A stretch of 64,000 nucleotides of DNA from a virus. Location: positions 1 to 64,000 of IMG/VR virus record IMGVR_UViG_3300024999_000067, one strand, 5' to 3'. The notes below the pieces were generated by a model. It saw nothing but the letters and a program-made list of their open reading frames with translations, ran no database searches and was not told the DNA's origin. How positions within the stretch are numbered: position 1 is the first letter of the stretch; each line of letters begins with the position of its first letter. Positions 10,742 to 21,562 of this stretch are shown piece after piece. Made by a program: the position numbers and the translations under genes.

Positions 10742-11658
10742 TATGAGCGAGAAAATCGAGCTAGCCGGAGGTAAATATACAGTGATCCAGTACGACAACC
10801 ATACTATGGAAGCTTTGCGTCACGGTGAATCCTGGAGAGATTTAACAGGGGATAATTTGGTATACTATATGATGCAAAAGATACTGGATTTACAGAAACA
10901 GTTGGAAGATAAGGAGCCAGTAAAATGAGTAAACCAATTATGGCAAGTTTCACAAGAGAGACAGGTAGGTGGAACGGTAAGACATTTGTTGATCGTGAAT
11001 TCTATAATTATAGTAAAGAAATACAAATGGAAATAGTGGATAAAAATGATAAACCTATACTGAGATTTATTGGTGGGCCCACTGGGTATGAATCCTATTA
11101 CATTGAAGATTTTCTGAAACCCTGGCCCAATAGACCTGATGAAGTATGTATATGTGGTGGTACCATAAACAGTTACCACAGATGCAGTGTTCCTTGGAAG
11201 GAAGTAGAGCAATTCTTGTCAGATAATGGGTATCAGGAGAAATGATATGACTACATGGGATATTTTGCATATACTTCGTAGCCCTTATGGCCACAGTGAA
11301 GACGAGGTTAGGCTTGTCCGGTTAGAGGCTGCCGATCTTATAGAAAAGATGGAGAATAAAATGGGTATTAAATCAATAGTAGATATTGGTGATATAATTC
11401 TTCCAGTTACAGCATTTACTTAATTGCAAAGAGCTTCTGGAAGAATTATATCACCAAGTTGAAGCAACCAGTTACATAGATGATATGACTTGGGCACGGG
11501 TAAAGTTACTGATAGGAGAGAAATGATCTTAACTATATTTTTAGTTGGCATTTTCATATTGCTTTTATGCAAAGTTGGGGAAGATAAACAACAAACCAAT
11601 CAACAGAGACAGTGGAAGAAGCAGATGAAATTCTTAGAAAAATTATGAGAATTTTTTC

Positions 11659-11687
11659 TTGCAATGTGTTTACTTTGTTTGTATGCT
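11659..11687 (+). promoter_or_regulatory. Sigma70-like promoter
   Basis: TTGCAA-17 nt-TATGCT. Confidence 0.6.
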
Positions 11688-11793
11688 CTCTAGGTATGCA
11701 GCATGTTAGGAAACTGGTCACTTCTTAACAAAAGAATAACAGGTTGGTAAGGTAAACTGGATATTTAAAATAGGCAAATCATGTTGCGACCCC

Positions 11794-11853
11794 ATAGCCA
11801 CGTGGGAAGTACCGGTTCGCCTATACCGGTACTTTTCATTGTGGCTATTTTTA
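11794..11853 (+). terminator. Long hairpin with U-tract (terminator/attenuator) in a leader upstream of the replication genes
   Basis: atagccac...aagtaccggt / accggtactt...gtggctat followed by tttt. Confidence 0.6.
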
Positions 11854-12181
11854 TTTAAGGAGAACAAAATGGCAAAGCTGATCAAGAAAGAAGTTCCAGA
11901 AGAACTGGAAAAAGAAGAGGTCATGGTAGGAATCAGTAATCCATGGGCTATCCCTATTATGGTTCCACAGGAATCCGTTGACACAATAGTACAAATGTAT
12001 CAAGAAGGAGATGATTTGGCATTAACAGCGCTGTTAATATATTTGCAATGCCGCTCATGGAAATTTAAACGTGTAGCATGGAATGATGAAATACTTTGCA
12101 CCACTTTTAAAATTAGTAAAGAAGAGTTAGATCACGTAGTAAATATATTGGATACCCTCAAATTTTATTAGGAGAAAGGCA

Positions 12182-13498
12182 ATGGTTATGGAATATAAAT
12201 CGCAACCATTAGCAATCTTTGGTTCTACCTTATATGATTTTTTTAAACAAGGTAAGGATCAGGAAAAGTATTGGAAGGATGCTTACATATTGTACAGTTT
12301 TTATTATGATCTGGCACTAAAGCAAGATACTCATACAATATATTGTACAAAAAATTGGACAATGGAAGTAACGTGCTTGTCTGTCAGAAGTCTGCAAGGT
12401 GGAAGGGAATTGTTAAAAAGAATGGGTTTAATTTCTGAGTATGAGTACAGCAAAAAATACAATAAATATTTTTTCACAGTTAAAGTGGATACATTGGTAA
12501 ATGCAGAGGGAGGGGGGGTACGGTCCGTAGGGGGGGAGGGGGGTACGGTCCGTATATACAATTCTCCTACTACTATTTATTCTCCTACTATAAAACCCAT
12601 TAATATAAATATTAATGAATCCAGTTTAGAAAAACCAACTGATAAGCAAAAGTTTATCCGAAAAGATATTGCTCAAGAACCAGAAGAGAAAGAAAAACCA
12701 TTGCTTGTTAAAAAGATAATAAGACCATCTTTTGTAGATTCAAACGGAAAATATAGGGAAACCAAAAAGAATGTAGAATCTATTGAAATAGCGGCAAATA
12801 TTAAACACGCACTGGAATACTGGAACAGTAAGGAGGAACTGGTTACACATACCATAAATGAAGATAGCCCGTCAAAAACTTTGCTGCATTGTGTCCAGTT
12901 AGTAAAAATGTTTTTCTCTGGTAAACTGATTAAACATGCTTTATTGCCAAAAAATTTCGATCAGTCTTTATGGAAAGGGGGAAGACAGACACTGGAAGAT
13001 TGGAAATATTTTGTTGATGAAATTTGTTTATGCTTGAATGATCCCGGTTTATTGCCTAAGAAAAACGGTAAAGCATTGGCACTGCCTATATTCCTTGAGG
13101 GAAGTGAACGGTTAGAATTACCCGCTTTCATTTTCAATTACTGTTTGGGAGACTACAAAACGGCAGCAGTAGATGTAAACCCGAAGAATACCGTTAAGAT
13201 TAAGACATTTTGGGAACAATTAATTGGTAAGTTTAAAGATACACCAGAGAATCAGAAAGCCTTTGTAGCTATAAGTAATCTCAGTGAACAGACATTTGCC
13301 GAAAGGAGAAAGGTAAATAAAAATTGGATACCTGCAATGAATGAATACTTTCCCGCCAACATTGTCAAGAGTATTTTGCGACAGAATCTTTGGATAAAGG
13401 AGAAAGGACACCAGCCCGTGTATATGGATACAAAGTTCTTTAAAGGAATGGTGTCCCGCTATGACTATGATCGTACTACAGGGAAAATCATATTTTAA
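12182..13498 (+). CDS. Putative replication initiator (N-terminal wHTH, internal iteron-like repeats)
   Basis: N-terminal ...LSVRSLQGGRELLKRMGLI wHTH-like segment, then a low-complexity linker holding direct repeats; layout like lambda O. Confidence 0.5.
   Translation: MVMEYKSQPLAIFGSTLYDFFKQGKDQEKYWKDAYILYSFYYDLALKQDTHTIYCTKNWTMEVTCLSVRSLQGGRELLKRMGLISEYEYSKKYNKYFFTVKVDTLVNAEGGGVRSVGGEGGTVRIYNSPTTIYSPTIKPINININESSLEKPTDKQKFIRKDIAQEPEEKEKPLLVKKIIRPSFVDSNGKYRETKKNVESIEIAANIKHALEYWNSKEELVTHTINEDSPSKTLLHCVQLVKMFFSGKLIKHALLPKNFDQSLWKGGRQTLEDWKYFVDEICLCLNDPGLLPKKNGKALALPIFLEGSERLELPAFIFNYCLGDYKTAAVDVNPKNTVKIKTFWEQLIGKFKDTPENQKAFVAISNLSEQTFAERRKVNKNWIPAMNEYFPANIVKSILRQNLWIKEKGHQPVYMDTKFFKGMVSRYDYDRTTGKIIF
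12508..12616. repeat. Candidate origin: two GGGAG(G)nTACGGTCCGTA repeats, two ATTCTCCTACTA repeats, AT-rich tract
   Basis: Repeats at 12508-12529 and 12534-12554; 12561-12572 and 12579-12590; then attaatataaatattaat. Confidence 0.6.
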
Positions 13499-13709
13499 CG
13501 GGGGTATGGCCATGAACATATACGATATAGATGGAATAACCTATGAAGCTTTTAACGAATACGAAGCCACTAAGAAAGCTTTTAAATCTGCTAAGAGTAT
13601 TAGTCTGGTAAAGTACCTTGGTGAAGATAAATGGAATTACAACATAGAATTTCCACATGGAAAAGCCACAGTTCTTGTTGTAAGAACATACCCCATACGG
13701 TAAATAATA

Positions 13710-14069
13710 ATGTTACATATATTCCATGGATCAACTAGAACTGTGATAGTAGGTGGTAAATATGCGTTCAAAATACCAAGAATGTGGTCATGGAAAACAT
13801 TTCTTACTGGTTTACTAGCCAACATGCAGGAGGTTGAGTTTTATTTAACAAAGTGGATTGAGCTTTGTCCTGTAGCATTTAATTTACCTTTGGGATTTTT
13901 AGTTGTAATGGTTAAGACCAATCCTATTTCTGATAAAGAATGGGAAATAATAAAAGAAACATCGGGAACCTTTCCTCCTGGAAAGGATTATATAATTCTA
14001 GTAGAGAGAAAAAGAAACAGTTTTGGAAAACTAAATGGCAAAATAGTGGCTATAGACTATGGAACTTGA
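13710..14069 (+). CDS. Small hypothetical protein with kinase-like motifs
   Basis: GSTRTV...YAFKIP, ANMQE, NSFG, AIDYG. Confidence 0.45.
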   Translation: MLHIFHGSTRTVIVGGKYAFKIPRMWSWKTFLTGLLANMQEVEFYLTKWIELCPVAFNLPLGFLVVMVKTNPISDKEWEIIKETSGTFPPGKDYIILVERKRNSFGKLNGKIVAIDYGT

Positions 14070-14091
14070 ACAGGTAATTAATATCTTTTAA

Positions 14092-14748
14092 GTGGAGATT
14101 GTGATGGATGTTTTAGACTATACAGTGAATAGAAACTATTCAGTACCAGCTGCCTATGCGGTTTTTGTAAATATGGGTAAGGTACTACTGTTAAAGCGGT
14201 ACAACACTGGATATGGAGACGGTTGTTACTCATTACCTGCTGGTCACGTTGAACCTGGGGAAGCCCCATCTGACTGTCTGGTAAGGGAAATAGCCGAAGA
14301 GATCGGTGTGAGACTTACTGTATTTCGGTTTGCCCACATAATGTATAGGGTTTCAGAAAATGCTACATCTAGTAGATGTGATTGGTTCTTCCTTGTAGAA
14401 GACTGGGAAGGAAATATAACTAACTCAGAACCCCATAAGTGTTCTGAGTTAGTTTGGGTACCTATTACATCTTTACCAAAAAATACACTTCCTTATATAC
14501 GACTAGCTATTAACAGCATCATTGTGGGAAATAGCAGTAGTGAGTTTATACTTTCATTTGGTGAAACAAAACCCTTAGATATTTGTTATCTGTGCGGCAG
14601 AAAAGTATTAAATGGTATAGAGGCAATAGTGGACGTTGAGGGGAATGTTTTCCATGGTTGGTGTGTAGAACGAAAAACGATACCAACTATAGAGGCTATG
14701 GGTATTTTGTCAAATAGGTATTTCAATAAAGGCACAAGTAAAGATTGA
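14092..14748 (+). CDS. NUDIX hydrolase with C-terminal Cys/His zinc-finger-like extension
   Basis: Nudix box GHVEPGEAPSDCLVREIAEEIG; CYLC...HGWC tail. Confidence 0.85.
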   Translation: MEIVMDVLDYTVNRNYSVPAAYAVFVNMGKVLLLKRYNTGYGDGCYSLPAGHVEPGEAPSDCLVREIAEEIGVRLTVFRFAHIMYRVSENATSSRCDWFFLVEDWEGNITNSEPHKCSELVWVPITSLPKNTLPYIRLAINSIIVGNSSSEFILSFGETKPLDICYLCGRKVLNGIEAIVDVEGNVFHGWCVERKTIPTIEAMGILSNRYFNKGTSKD

Positions 14749-15282
14749 TGTGCTAAATAGGGTGTTTTCTTCTTTTTTAACGGGAATGCCCCTAATTTCA
14801 ATTTTCGAGGTAACAGGTATGAGTGATAAGACTACCCCTAAGCCGTTAAATCCCGAGGGAATCTCCGCTATTCCTGAAGGGGAAAAGGATACAGAACAGG
14901 AGAGCAGAGCAGAAGCAAAAGATTTAACCATAGGAGAAAGATTTGGTACATTTATTGGAAGGATGAAGCTGAACAAACCCAATTTTGAAGAGATAGAAAG
15001 AAAACCTGGCGCTGACAAATTATTTAGAAAGGGAAAGGAATGGATTTTAGAAGGAATTGACTTCCATGAAGCGGAGGTAAAAGCTATGGCACTTGCTTTA
15101 AAAGAACAGAAAACAGATAAGTGGTTTATACAAGTGGAAGAGGCCGATCAGCTTATGAAAAAGATAAAAGAAGGGGTAGTTTTTAATTGCCCTATTTGTG
15201 GAACCCCTGCTAAATTCGATGGAATAATCCATGAGGATTACTTGTTCTCATTACAATGTACTTGCAATAAAGAGGGCAAGTA

Positions 15283-16794
15283 ATGGGACTGGTACGAGTA
15301 GAGGAAGTGGATAATGTTACAGAGGAATTGATAGTGGCTGGAATGATATCCAGTAACTCCTATCTTTCCTACGTTGCAGAGAGGTTACAGTTACGGTACT
15401 TCCGAAGTGAACAGTGTAAATTTATTGCAAAATTAATATTGGAGTTTTTCAACAATCATAAACGGTCTCCCGGTGCCAGTATGCGGGAGCTTTATGAATC
15501 GGCTGTTGATGATCTACCAGAAGACGATGCCTTTATTGTTGGTAGATTGCTGAAGAACATAGCAAAGAAATATGGTGACAGGGAAATATCTTTCGAGGTA
15601 TTGAAGGATACTACTGATGGTTATTTTGAGATTAGAGCGGTAGAAACCTTAGTGGATAAGATATCAGGGTTGACTGCTCGTGGTAAAACGGAAGAAGCTT
15701 TAAAAGAGATTGATGATTGGTACAAAGATCCAAAACGGCATATAATTTCTTCGATCAGTCCATTTGATACGTCTATGGCTGAAGCAGTGATGACTGCCGA
15801 CAGATTGCTGTATAGATTCAAGAACGATCTGGACTCAGTGCTTCCACCACAAATGTCAAACAAACTGTATACATTTCTTGGTGGAACAAAATCAGGAAAG
15901 TCTCAGTGGTTAGCTTACCTTGCTGTATGCTTTGCAGAAGCAGGTTTGAAAGTGGCTATATGGCAGTTTGAGTTGACAGAAACAGAATATATTGGCAGGT
16001 TAATTTCTGGTATATCTGGTAAGGAAATAGATCCAAGACATGACAGTGATACCAAAGATGTAGAATTATCCGTATTCGATTGTGAGCATAACAGGGACAG
16101 AAGTTGTGCAATGGAAGACTGTCCAGATAATGATGACTTTGAAAACTTTGAAAAGTATGTGCCAGAAGCATGGGCCCCATGCTGTTTCTGTAAAGGGCAT
16201 CCAGAATTTAGTCCTGTAGTATGGAAAATGGAAGCAAAGATCGGTGTAATTAATTCCATCAACTCCTTGAAGAAGGAACAGATTACATGGCTCAGACAAT
16301 TCGGTGACAACATCAAAATGTTTCCTGGTGGATCTGGTCATGTAACTTCAGAAGATGTAAAGAACCAACTGTTACGGTTACGGTTATCAGAAGGATTTAT
16401 TCCAGATGTGATAATAATTGATCAAGCGGACAATATTGCTGCAAGTTCCCGGTATAATGAGAAGAGGCATGAGATAGGCAGTGTATGGTTGGAATTAGCC
16501 ACTCTTGCAAAGCAGGGATACCTTGTTTGGACTGCTAGTCAGACGAACAGGGGTGGCTGGGGTAAGGAATGGATAGAGACTTCCGATGTAGGGGAAGATG
16601 CAAGTAAGTTTATGGTATGTTCTGGTGTCGTCACTATTAACCAGTATAAAGGTGGGGACTTTGACGAGTACGAATGGAATACCCAAAGGTTAAGGGCTTT
16701 TTACTTTCGTAATGCAAAGATACCTGGACGTGATGTCCGAGTGCTGAACGACTTCTCTCGGTACATTGCCTGTCTTGATTGCTGTAAAATGTAA
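15283..16794 (+). CDS. DnaB-like replicative helicase
   Basis: GGTKSGKS Walker A, FELTE, IIIDQAD, WTASQTNR. Confidence 0.85.
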   Translation: MGLVRVEEVDNVTEELIVAGMISSNSYLSYVAERLQLRYFRSEQCKFIAKLILEFFNNHKRSPGASMRELYESAVDDLPEDDAFIVGRLLKNIAKKYGDREISFEVLKDTTDGYFEIRAVETLVDKISGLTARGKTEEALKEIDDWYKDPKRHIISSISPFDTSMAEAVMTADRLLYRFKNDLDSVLPPQMSNKLYTFLGGTKSGKSQWLAYLAVCFAEAGLKVAIWQFELTETEYIGRLISGISGKEIDPRHDSDTKDVELSVFDCEHNRDRSCAMEDCPDNDDFENFEKYVPEAWAPCCFCKGHPEFSPVVWKMEAKIGVINSINSLKKEQITWLRQFGDNIKMFPGGSGHVTSEDVKNQLLRLRLSEGFIPDVIIIDQADNIAASSRYNEKRHEIGSVWLELATLAKQGYLVWTASQTNRGGWGKEWIETSDVGEDASKFMVCSGVVTINQYKGGDFDEYEWNTQRLRAFYFRNAKIPGRDVRVLNDFSRYIACLDCCKM

Positions 16795-16832
16795 AATGAA
16801 CGGCAATAGTTGGGATAGTTGAATAAATTTTA

Positions 16833-16861
16833 TTGACAATAGGTAAACGTATTAGTAAACT
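16833..16861 (+). promoter_or_regulatory. Sigma70-like promoter upstream of the deazaguanine cluster
   Basis: TTGACA-17 nt-TAAACT; shares GTAAACTTATA with the 32.5-kb promoter. Confidence 0.7.
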
Positions 16862-17116
16862 TATAGGTAAGAGTAGTTCAATCCAATTACAGGAGGGGTT
16901 TATGGCAGGGTTACGGAATACATTTAATTGGTACTTAATAGGAATGCTACTGGTATCCCTATTTCTAGCTGGATGTTGGGCACAGAACCTGCACAAATTT
17001 AGCCAATGCGATTTTGAATCAAGTTATAAGGCAGAGATACTGTACGGTATGGGATTATTTACTCCCACCTTTGTTGTATCTGCTTTTATGGATTTTGGTA
17101 AATAAAATTCGGAGGA

Positions 17117-17530
17117 ATGATGTACACAATACGAAAAGTGTTTAAGTTGGAAGGAGCCCACATACTGTCACGGTCATTCTCTAAAGAGTGCCAAAGAATC
17201 CACGGCCACAGCTATCGTGTGGAAATATTTATTTCTACTGAAGAGTTGAATGCTGACGGTATGGTAGTTGATTTCAAGTTGATGAAAAATAACATTGGTT
17301 ACATGATAGACTGTTGGGATCATAGATGTTTGGTATCAAGTGATTCATATAAAGGCATTGAGTTACTGGGAACATTCCATGACTCCTTTGTTGTTGTTCC
17401 GTTTAACCCTACTGCCGAGAATATGTGCAAAGATATTTACGATCGGGTAAAAGAATGTGTTCCCAATGGTTTCACTTTAAAAGTAAGAATACATGAAACG
17501 GATACTGGCTATGCAGAATACTATGAATGA
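17117..17530 (+). CDS. queD: 6-carboxy-5,6,7,8-tetrahydropterin synthase
   Basis: AH, CQRIHGHSY, VDF, NPTAEN, ET motifs. Confidence 0.92.
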   Translation: MMYTIRKVFKLEGAHILSRSFSKECQRIHGHSYRVEIFISTEELNADGMVVDFKLMKNNIGYMIDCWDHRCLVSSDSYKGIELLGTFHDSFVVVPFNPTAENMCKDIYDRVKECVPNGFTLKVRIHETDTGYAEYYE

Positions 17531-17915
17531 GTTAAATATAAACTATGGTATTAACCGTAAAGAGAAGAAAGGGGTTATCCACAGAAACGGTAAAATGGTA
17601 ATAGAGGGGGATTGGGAGAAGATGAAACCCACAAAATGATACGGGCTAAGATTTCACAAGATCACCCAGGATGGAACATTTCAGGGTATTGCCTACCTAG
17701 TGGTGATGAAAATGGCAAATGAAAAAATAGGACACCACGCTACTTACTGGGATGGTAAAAGTATGGTAGATTCTTGGGGAAATACATGGCAAGCATTTAT
17801 TCCAGAAATTAAACCATATCCTTATTTTATAAGCGAAGGAGATATTACGGCACCGTGGAAGTTGGCAAATTCATGGATATTAAAGAAAGACATTAAATTT
17901 AACCAGAGGGATATT

Positions 17916-18554
17916 ATGCCAATCCTGTTAAGGGAAGTACAATACACATTTAGTGGTGAAGTGGGCCACATAGTCCAAGGTTCTCCGGTGCTTTTAATAC
18001 GTATCCAAGGTTGCAATCTCCCATGTCCTTGGTGCGATGCTAAAGGTACACAAGACTTTGAACATGGTTTATCTGTAGACCACCGAGTACTGGCAGAGTT
18101 GATGTATAACTCAGCATTTCCTATTCTGCTTACTGGTGGTGAGCCACTGTTACATTCCCAAGCTATTTTAAAAGCATTTGAATTACTTGCCACAAAATAT
18201 AACGTAAACAGAGTAGTGCAGATTGAAACAAACGGATCAATAGCCATAGATCCAGATTTATTTGAATATGCCACATTTGTTGTCGATTACAAGTTCAAGT
18301 ATGAAGACCAGATGAGGAAAGATAATTGGGATATTCTAACCAATAAAGATTTCATCAAGATATTGGTTACCGACCAAGATGACGTAAACGAATTAGAACA
18401 GTTTATTGCCGAGTTTTCAACAAGCTGTAAAGCACGACTGGCAGTATCCTGTACAGATAACCAACTTTATAAGGAAGTCTGTGATTTGGTACTTGACAAC
18501 AAATGGCCCATTATTGTAAACGTACAGATACATAAACTTTTAGGAATAGCATAG
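17916..18554 (+). CDS. queE: 7-carboxy-7-deazaguanine synthase (radical SAM)
   Basis: FSGE, IRIQGCNLPCPWCD, TGGEPL, IETNGS, VQIHK; RBS before ATG 17916 (frame is open from 17700). Confidence 0.88.
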   Translation: MPILLREVQYTFSGEVGHIVQGSPVLLIRIQGCNLPCPWCDAKGTQDFEHGLSVDHRVLAELMYNSAFPILLTGGEPLLHSQAILKAFELLATKYNVNRVVQIETNGSIAIDPDLFEYATFVVDYKFKYEDQMRKDNWDILTNKDFIKILVTDQDDVNELEQFIAEFSTSCKARLAVSCTDNQLYKEVCDLVLDNKWPIIVNVQIHKLLGIA

Positions 18555-18567
18555 GAGGTGGTTCCCG

Positions 18568-18711
18568 TTGTCTGAAACTAAAACATTGAAGTGTAAAAAA
18601 TGTGGTTGGAAATGGATTCCCAGAAAGGCAGATGTAAGGCAATGCCCTCATTGTAAAACAGCGTACTGGAATGTGGACAAGAAAGAAGTACAACCAAAAA
18701 AGGAGAAGTAA
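18568..18711 (+). CDS. 47-aa zinc-ribbon protein (not in the ORF track)
   Basis: AGGAGGT RBS, TTG start; CKKCGWKWIPRKADVRQCPHCKTAYW. Confidence 0.7.
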   Translation: MSETKTLKCKKCGWKWIPRKADVRQCPHCKTAYWNVDKKEVQPKKEK

Positions 18712-18712
18712 A

Positions 18713-19327
18713 ATGGGTGAAGTTAACGAGGTAAAGAAAGTCAATGCCGCCAATCTGAAGAAAGCAGTCAAAGAGTTGAACGACCTGGCAGTAGAAGGGG
18801 TTGCCAAAATCAGGACAGTTGGAATCAATGTCAATGATATGGCTCTCCAGTTTATCAAAGCCTGTAATGCCGTGAATGACATTGATGAGAAACTTCTCAC
18901 TGATTCAATGGTGGAAGTATATAATTCCCTGCCTGCCCCGGAAGAGTTGGCCGTAGCTCAGAAGGCACCGAAGGAGAAGAAAGCCAAGGAGCCCAAAGAG
19001 AAGAAGGTAAAAGCACCGAAAGAGCCCAAGGAAAAGAGAGAGCGTAAGGGACCGCATGATGGTGCAGCCCGCAGCCGGTACAATCATCTTCAGGGGGCTA
19101 AATCTGGTAAGCTTGATGACATGCTCTTTGCAGGTGGTACGATGGAAGAGATTATGGCTGGATGTGATGTTCCTATGATCCGTGTAAAAGGGCATAGTGC
19201 CCATCTTGTTAAAGACCTTGGTCTTACTCTGGTTATTACCGAGAACAAGGAAGACCCGATGAAGACCAAGTACAAGGTGAAGGAAGAGAAGTGGGTGCCT
19301 CCCGCTGCTGAAGCCGCAAAAGAGTAG
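18713..19327 (+). CDS. Putative DNA-binding protein (KAPKEKK-rich linker plus wHTH-like domain)
   Basis: Histone-H1-like K/E/P linker; C-terminal domain paralogous to 3093-3758. Confidence 0.55.
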   Translation: MGEVNEVKKVNAANLKKAVKELNDLAVEGVAKIRTVGINVNDMALQFIKACNAVNDIDEKLLTDSMVEVYNSLPAPEELAVAQKAPKEKKAKEPKEKKVKAPKEPKEKRERKGPHDGAARSRYNHLQGAKSGKLDDMLFAGGTMEEIMAGCDVPMIRVKGHSAHLVKDLGLTLVITENKEDPMKTKYKVKEEKWVPPAAEAAKE

Positions 19328-19349
19328 CAGTAAATGAAGTCAGTCTGAT

Positions 19350-19389
19350 ACAATGGAACCGGTACATTAGTTACCGGTTCCATTGTTTA
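19350..19389 (+). terminator. 15-bp perfect hairpin, probable terminator
   Basis: acaatggaaccggta-cattagt-taccggttccattgt. Confidence 0.7.
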
Positions 19390-19410
19390 AACTTTACCAA
19401 AGGTAACCAG

Positions 19411-19986
19411 ATGCCTGATCATTCCAGACTTAAAATGTCCGCAGCTAATATAATCGAAGCTGTTGGTGAAGATTTAGATGATCCAAATTTTAAAGAAACC
19501 CCTAACCGATTTGCAAAAGCTTTCTCATTTCTGTTCAAAAATCCCAAAGTTATTGAACTAGAAGTGGCTGAAGTAATGAAGACCAGTTTCCCTACTCAGT
19601 ATGATGGTTTAATATTCTGTGATGGTTTAGAGTTCACTTCCTTCTGCCCGCATCATCTTTTACCTATCAAGTATGAAGTTATTATTGGTTACATTCCTTC
19701 AGAGGGAATGGTAATTGGTGCTTCTAAACTGGCAAGGGTTGTTGAACTGTACTGTAAACGGGCAATGTTGCAGGAGGAATTGACCAGAACCATTGCTGAT
19801 ACGATTGAGAAATATATTAAACCTGCTGGTGTAGCTATCCTGATTATTGGGTATCATGATTGTATGAGGATACGTGGTATCCAGCAGAGAAATGCCAGAT
19901 TCAAAACTTCTGAAATGCGTGGTGCATTTAAAACCAATACTGAAACAAGGGAAGAGTTTTTCCATCTTATGGCTAAAGGAGTTTGA
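19411..19986 (+). CDS. folE: GTP cyclohydrolase I
   Basis: ETPNR, SFCPHHLLP, GASKLAR, LQEELT, HDCMRIRG. Confidence 0.93.
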   Translation: MPDHSRLKMSAANIIEAVGEDLDDPNFKETPNRFAKAFSFLFKNPKVIELEVAEVMKTSFPTQYDGLIFCDGLEFTSFCPHHLLPIKYEVIIGYIPSEGMVIGASKLARVVELYCKRAMLQEELTRTIADTIEKYIKPAGVAILIIGYHDCMRIRGIQQRNARFKTSEMRGAFKTNTETREEFFHLMAKGV

Positions 19987-20565
19987 CTATGATTCGGGTA
20001 CCAGAAGATTCAGAGAGTATTACAGTAAGTGTTTATCTAAAAAATGGTGATTTCTTTGAAAGAAAAGACTGTACTATGGCCCCTACTGGTGAACACGAAA
20101 CATTAATAAGTTTTTGGGAAGGGGATGATATAGTTGTTTTTCCGCTGGAGCAAGTTGACCGTTTTATATATCATTTTGATACTGTAAAAGGTGATTGAAT
20201 ATGGCAGAGGTAAAACGGAATACCCATATTGTCATAAAGAGGGATGACGTTACCGAGTTTCTTTCTGAAGAAGAAAGATCAACGCTGGACAAACTGGTGT
20301 ATGAAATAAAAGTACGGAGACTGCACAAACTAAAACCACCACATAATGAGTATATTGTCTGTAACTGGAATGAACCATATGCCCAGAAGGTTTTAGATGT
20401 TATACTGGAAGGGGAGGAATTAAAAAGTGGTACAATTTTTATTGATGTAGAAAAAGAAGCTTGGGAATCAATTAAACAAGCAGTAACTGAATCTCCTTGG
20501 ATACCTGAAGATTATTATATGAATGATTGGGTAGCCGATATTCGTTCTTTTCTTCTTAAAAAGGA

Positions 20566-21561
20566 TTGATGCAAATGAACTTGGTGAAAGCCGAAATACT
20601 GTTCAGCAGAAAGTGTAATCTTGGTTGTAAGCATTGCGCTATGGTGACTGGGCAAAGTAATTCTCTTACCATAGAAGAATGGAAAGCTGGCTTTGATAAT
20701 CTGAAGGAATTGGGATGTTCTTTTTCTGCATTCTATGGAGCGGAACCATTCCTTGAGTTTAATAAACTGAAAGTAGTTTTGCCCTACGCTGAATCTATTG
20801 GTATCCATACTACGGTAATTACTTCTGGTACACGTATTCCAGATTTTCATAACAAGTTGAAGGAACTGCATAAGGCAGGTGGTAAAAGTCTGTCCATGTC
20901 CTATGACATTCTGGCATACGATATGAGTTCCGCAAAGAAAAGAGATGCTGCTTTAAAATCTTTGAAGTACTGGAAAACCTTTACCGATATACGGGATGCA
21001 GCAGCTATCACCACTTTGACAGCAAGAAACTTTCACCTGTTACCCGCAATGGTTCAACAGATGAGTGATCTTGGGATATGGACTTTCTATGATCTGATTC
21101 ATGAAGATCGTGGACAGCCTGGATCGAAGTGCAAAGGTAAAGCTGGTAACTTGATGTTCAAACCTGATCAACTGGACAAACTGTTTGAAGTATTGGAACT
21201 GGTTACTGATATGAGTAAGAATGGGTTCCTTGTCCATAACTCTGATAACTTTGTGAAAATGCTTCAGTATATGTACGGTAATACATCTGGTATTTATAAC
21301 TGGTGTTGTGCCAGACATAATGAATTCCCATCATGGTTGACTATTGACTGTGACGGTACCGTTTTACCGTGTGACGATTTCCATATTACCAGAGAGTTTA
21401 AATTCCATCATAATTTGGATACTTGGTGGCCTAAATGCATACCAGTATTCAGGGAAGAGATACAGAAGAAGGAATGCCACTGTGCTTGGAACACTCATAT
21501 CGATGCCCACTTTATCAAAGCAGGGCATGGTAAACTTTCTGATTACATTCATGGGGTATGA
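20566..21561 (+). CDS. Radical SAM enzyme with C-terminal SPASM/twitch-like Cys cluster
   Basis: CNLGCKHC; YGAEPFL; WCC...IDCDGTVLPCDD...CHC. Confidence 0.85.
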   Translation: MMQMNLVKAEILFSRKCNLGCKHCAMVTGQSNSLTIEEWKAGFDNLKELGCSFSAFYGAEPFLEFNKLKVVLPYAESIGIHTTVITSGTRIPDFHNKLKELHKAGGKSLSMSYDILAYDMSSAKKRDAALKSLKYWKTFTDIRDAAAITTLTARNFHLLPAMVQQMSDLGIWTFYDLIHEDRGQPGSKCKGKAGNLMFKPDQLDKLFEVLELVTDMSKNGFLVHNSDNFVKMLQYMYGNTSGIYNWCCARHNEFPSWLTIDCDGTVLPCDDFHITREFKFHHNLDTWWPKCIPVFREEIQKKECHCAWNTHIDAHFIKAGHGKLSDYIHGV

Positions 21562-21562
21562 A

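Noticed and set aside
17700-17915. N-terminal extension fused to QueE
   Set aside because: A good RBS precedes ATG 17916 where QueE similarity begins; the extension cannot be supported as a real domain
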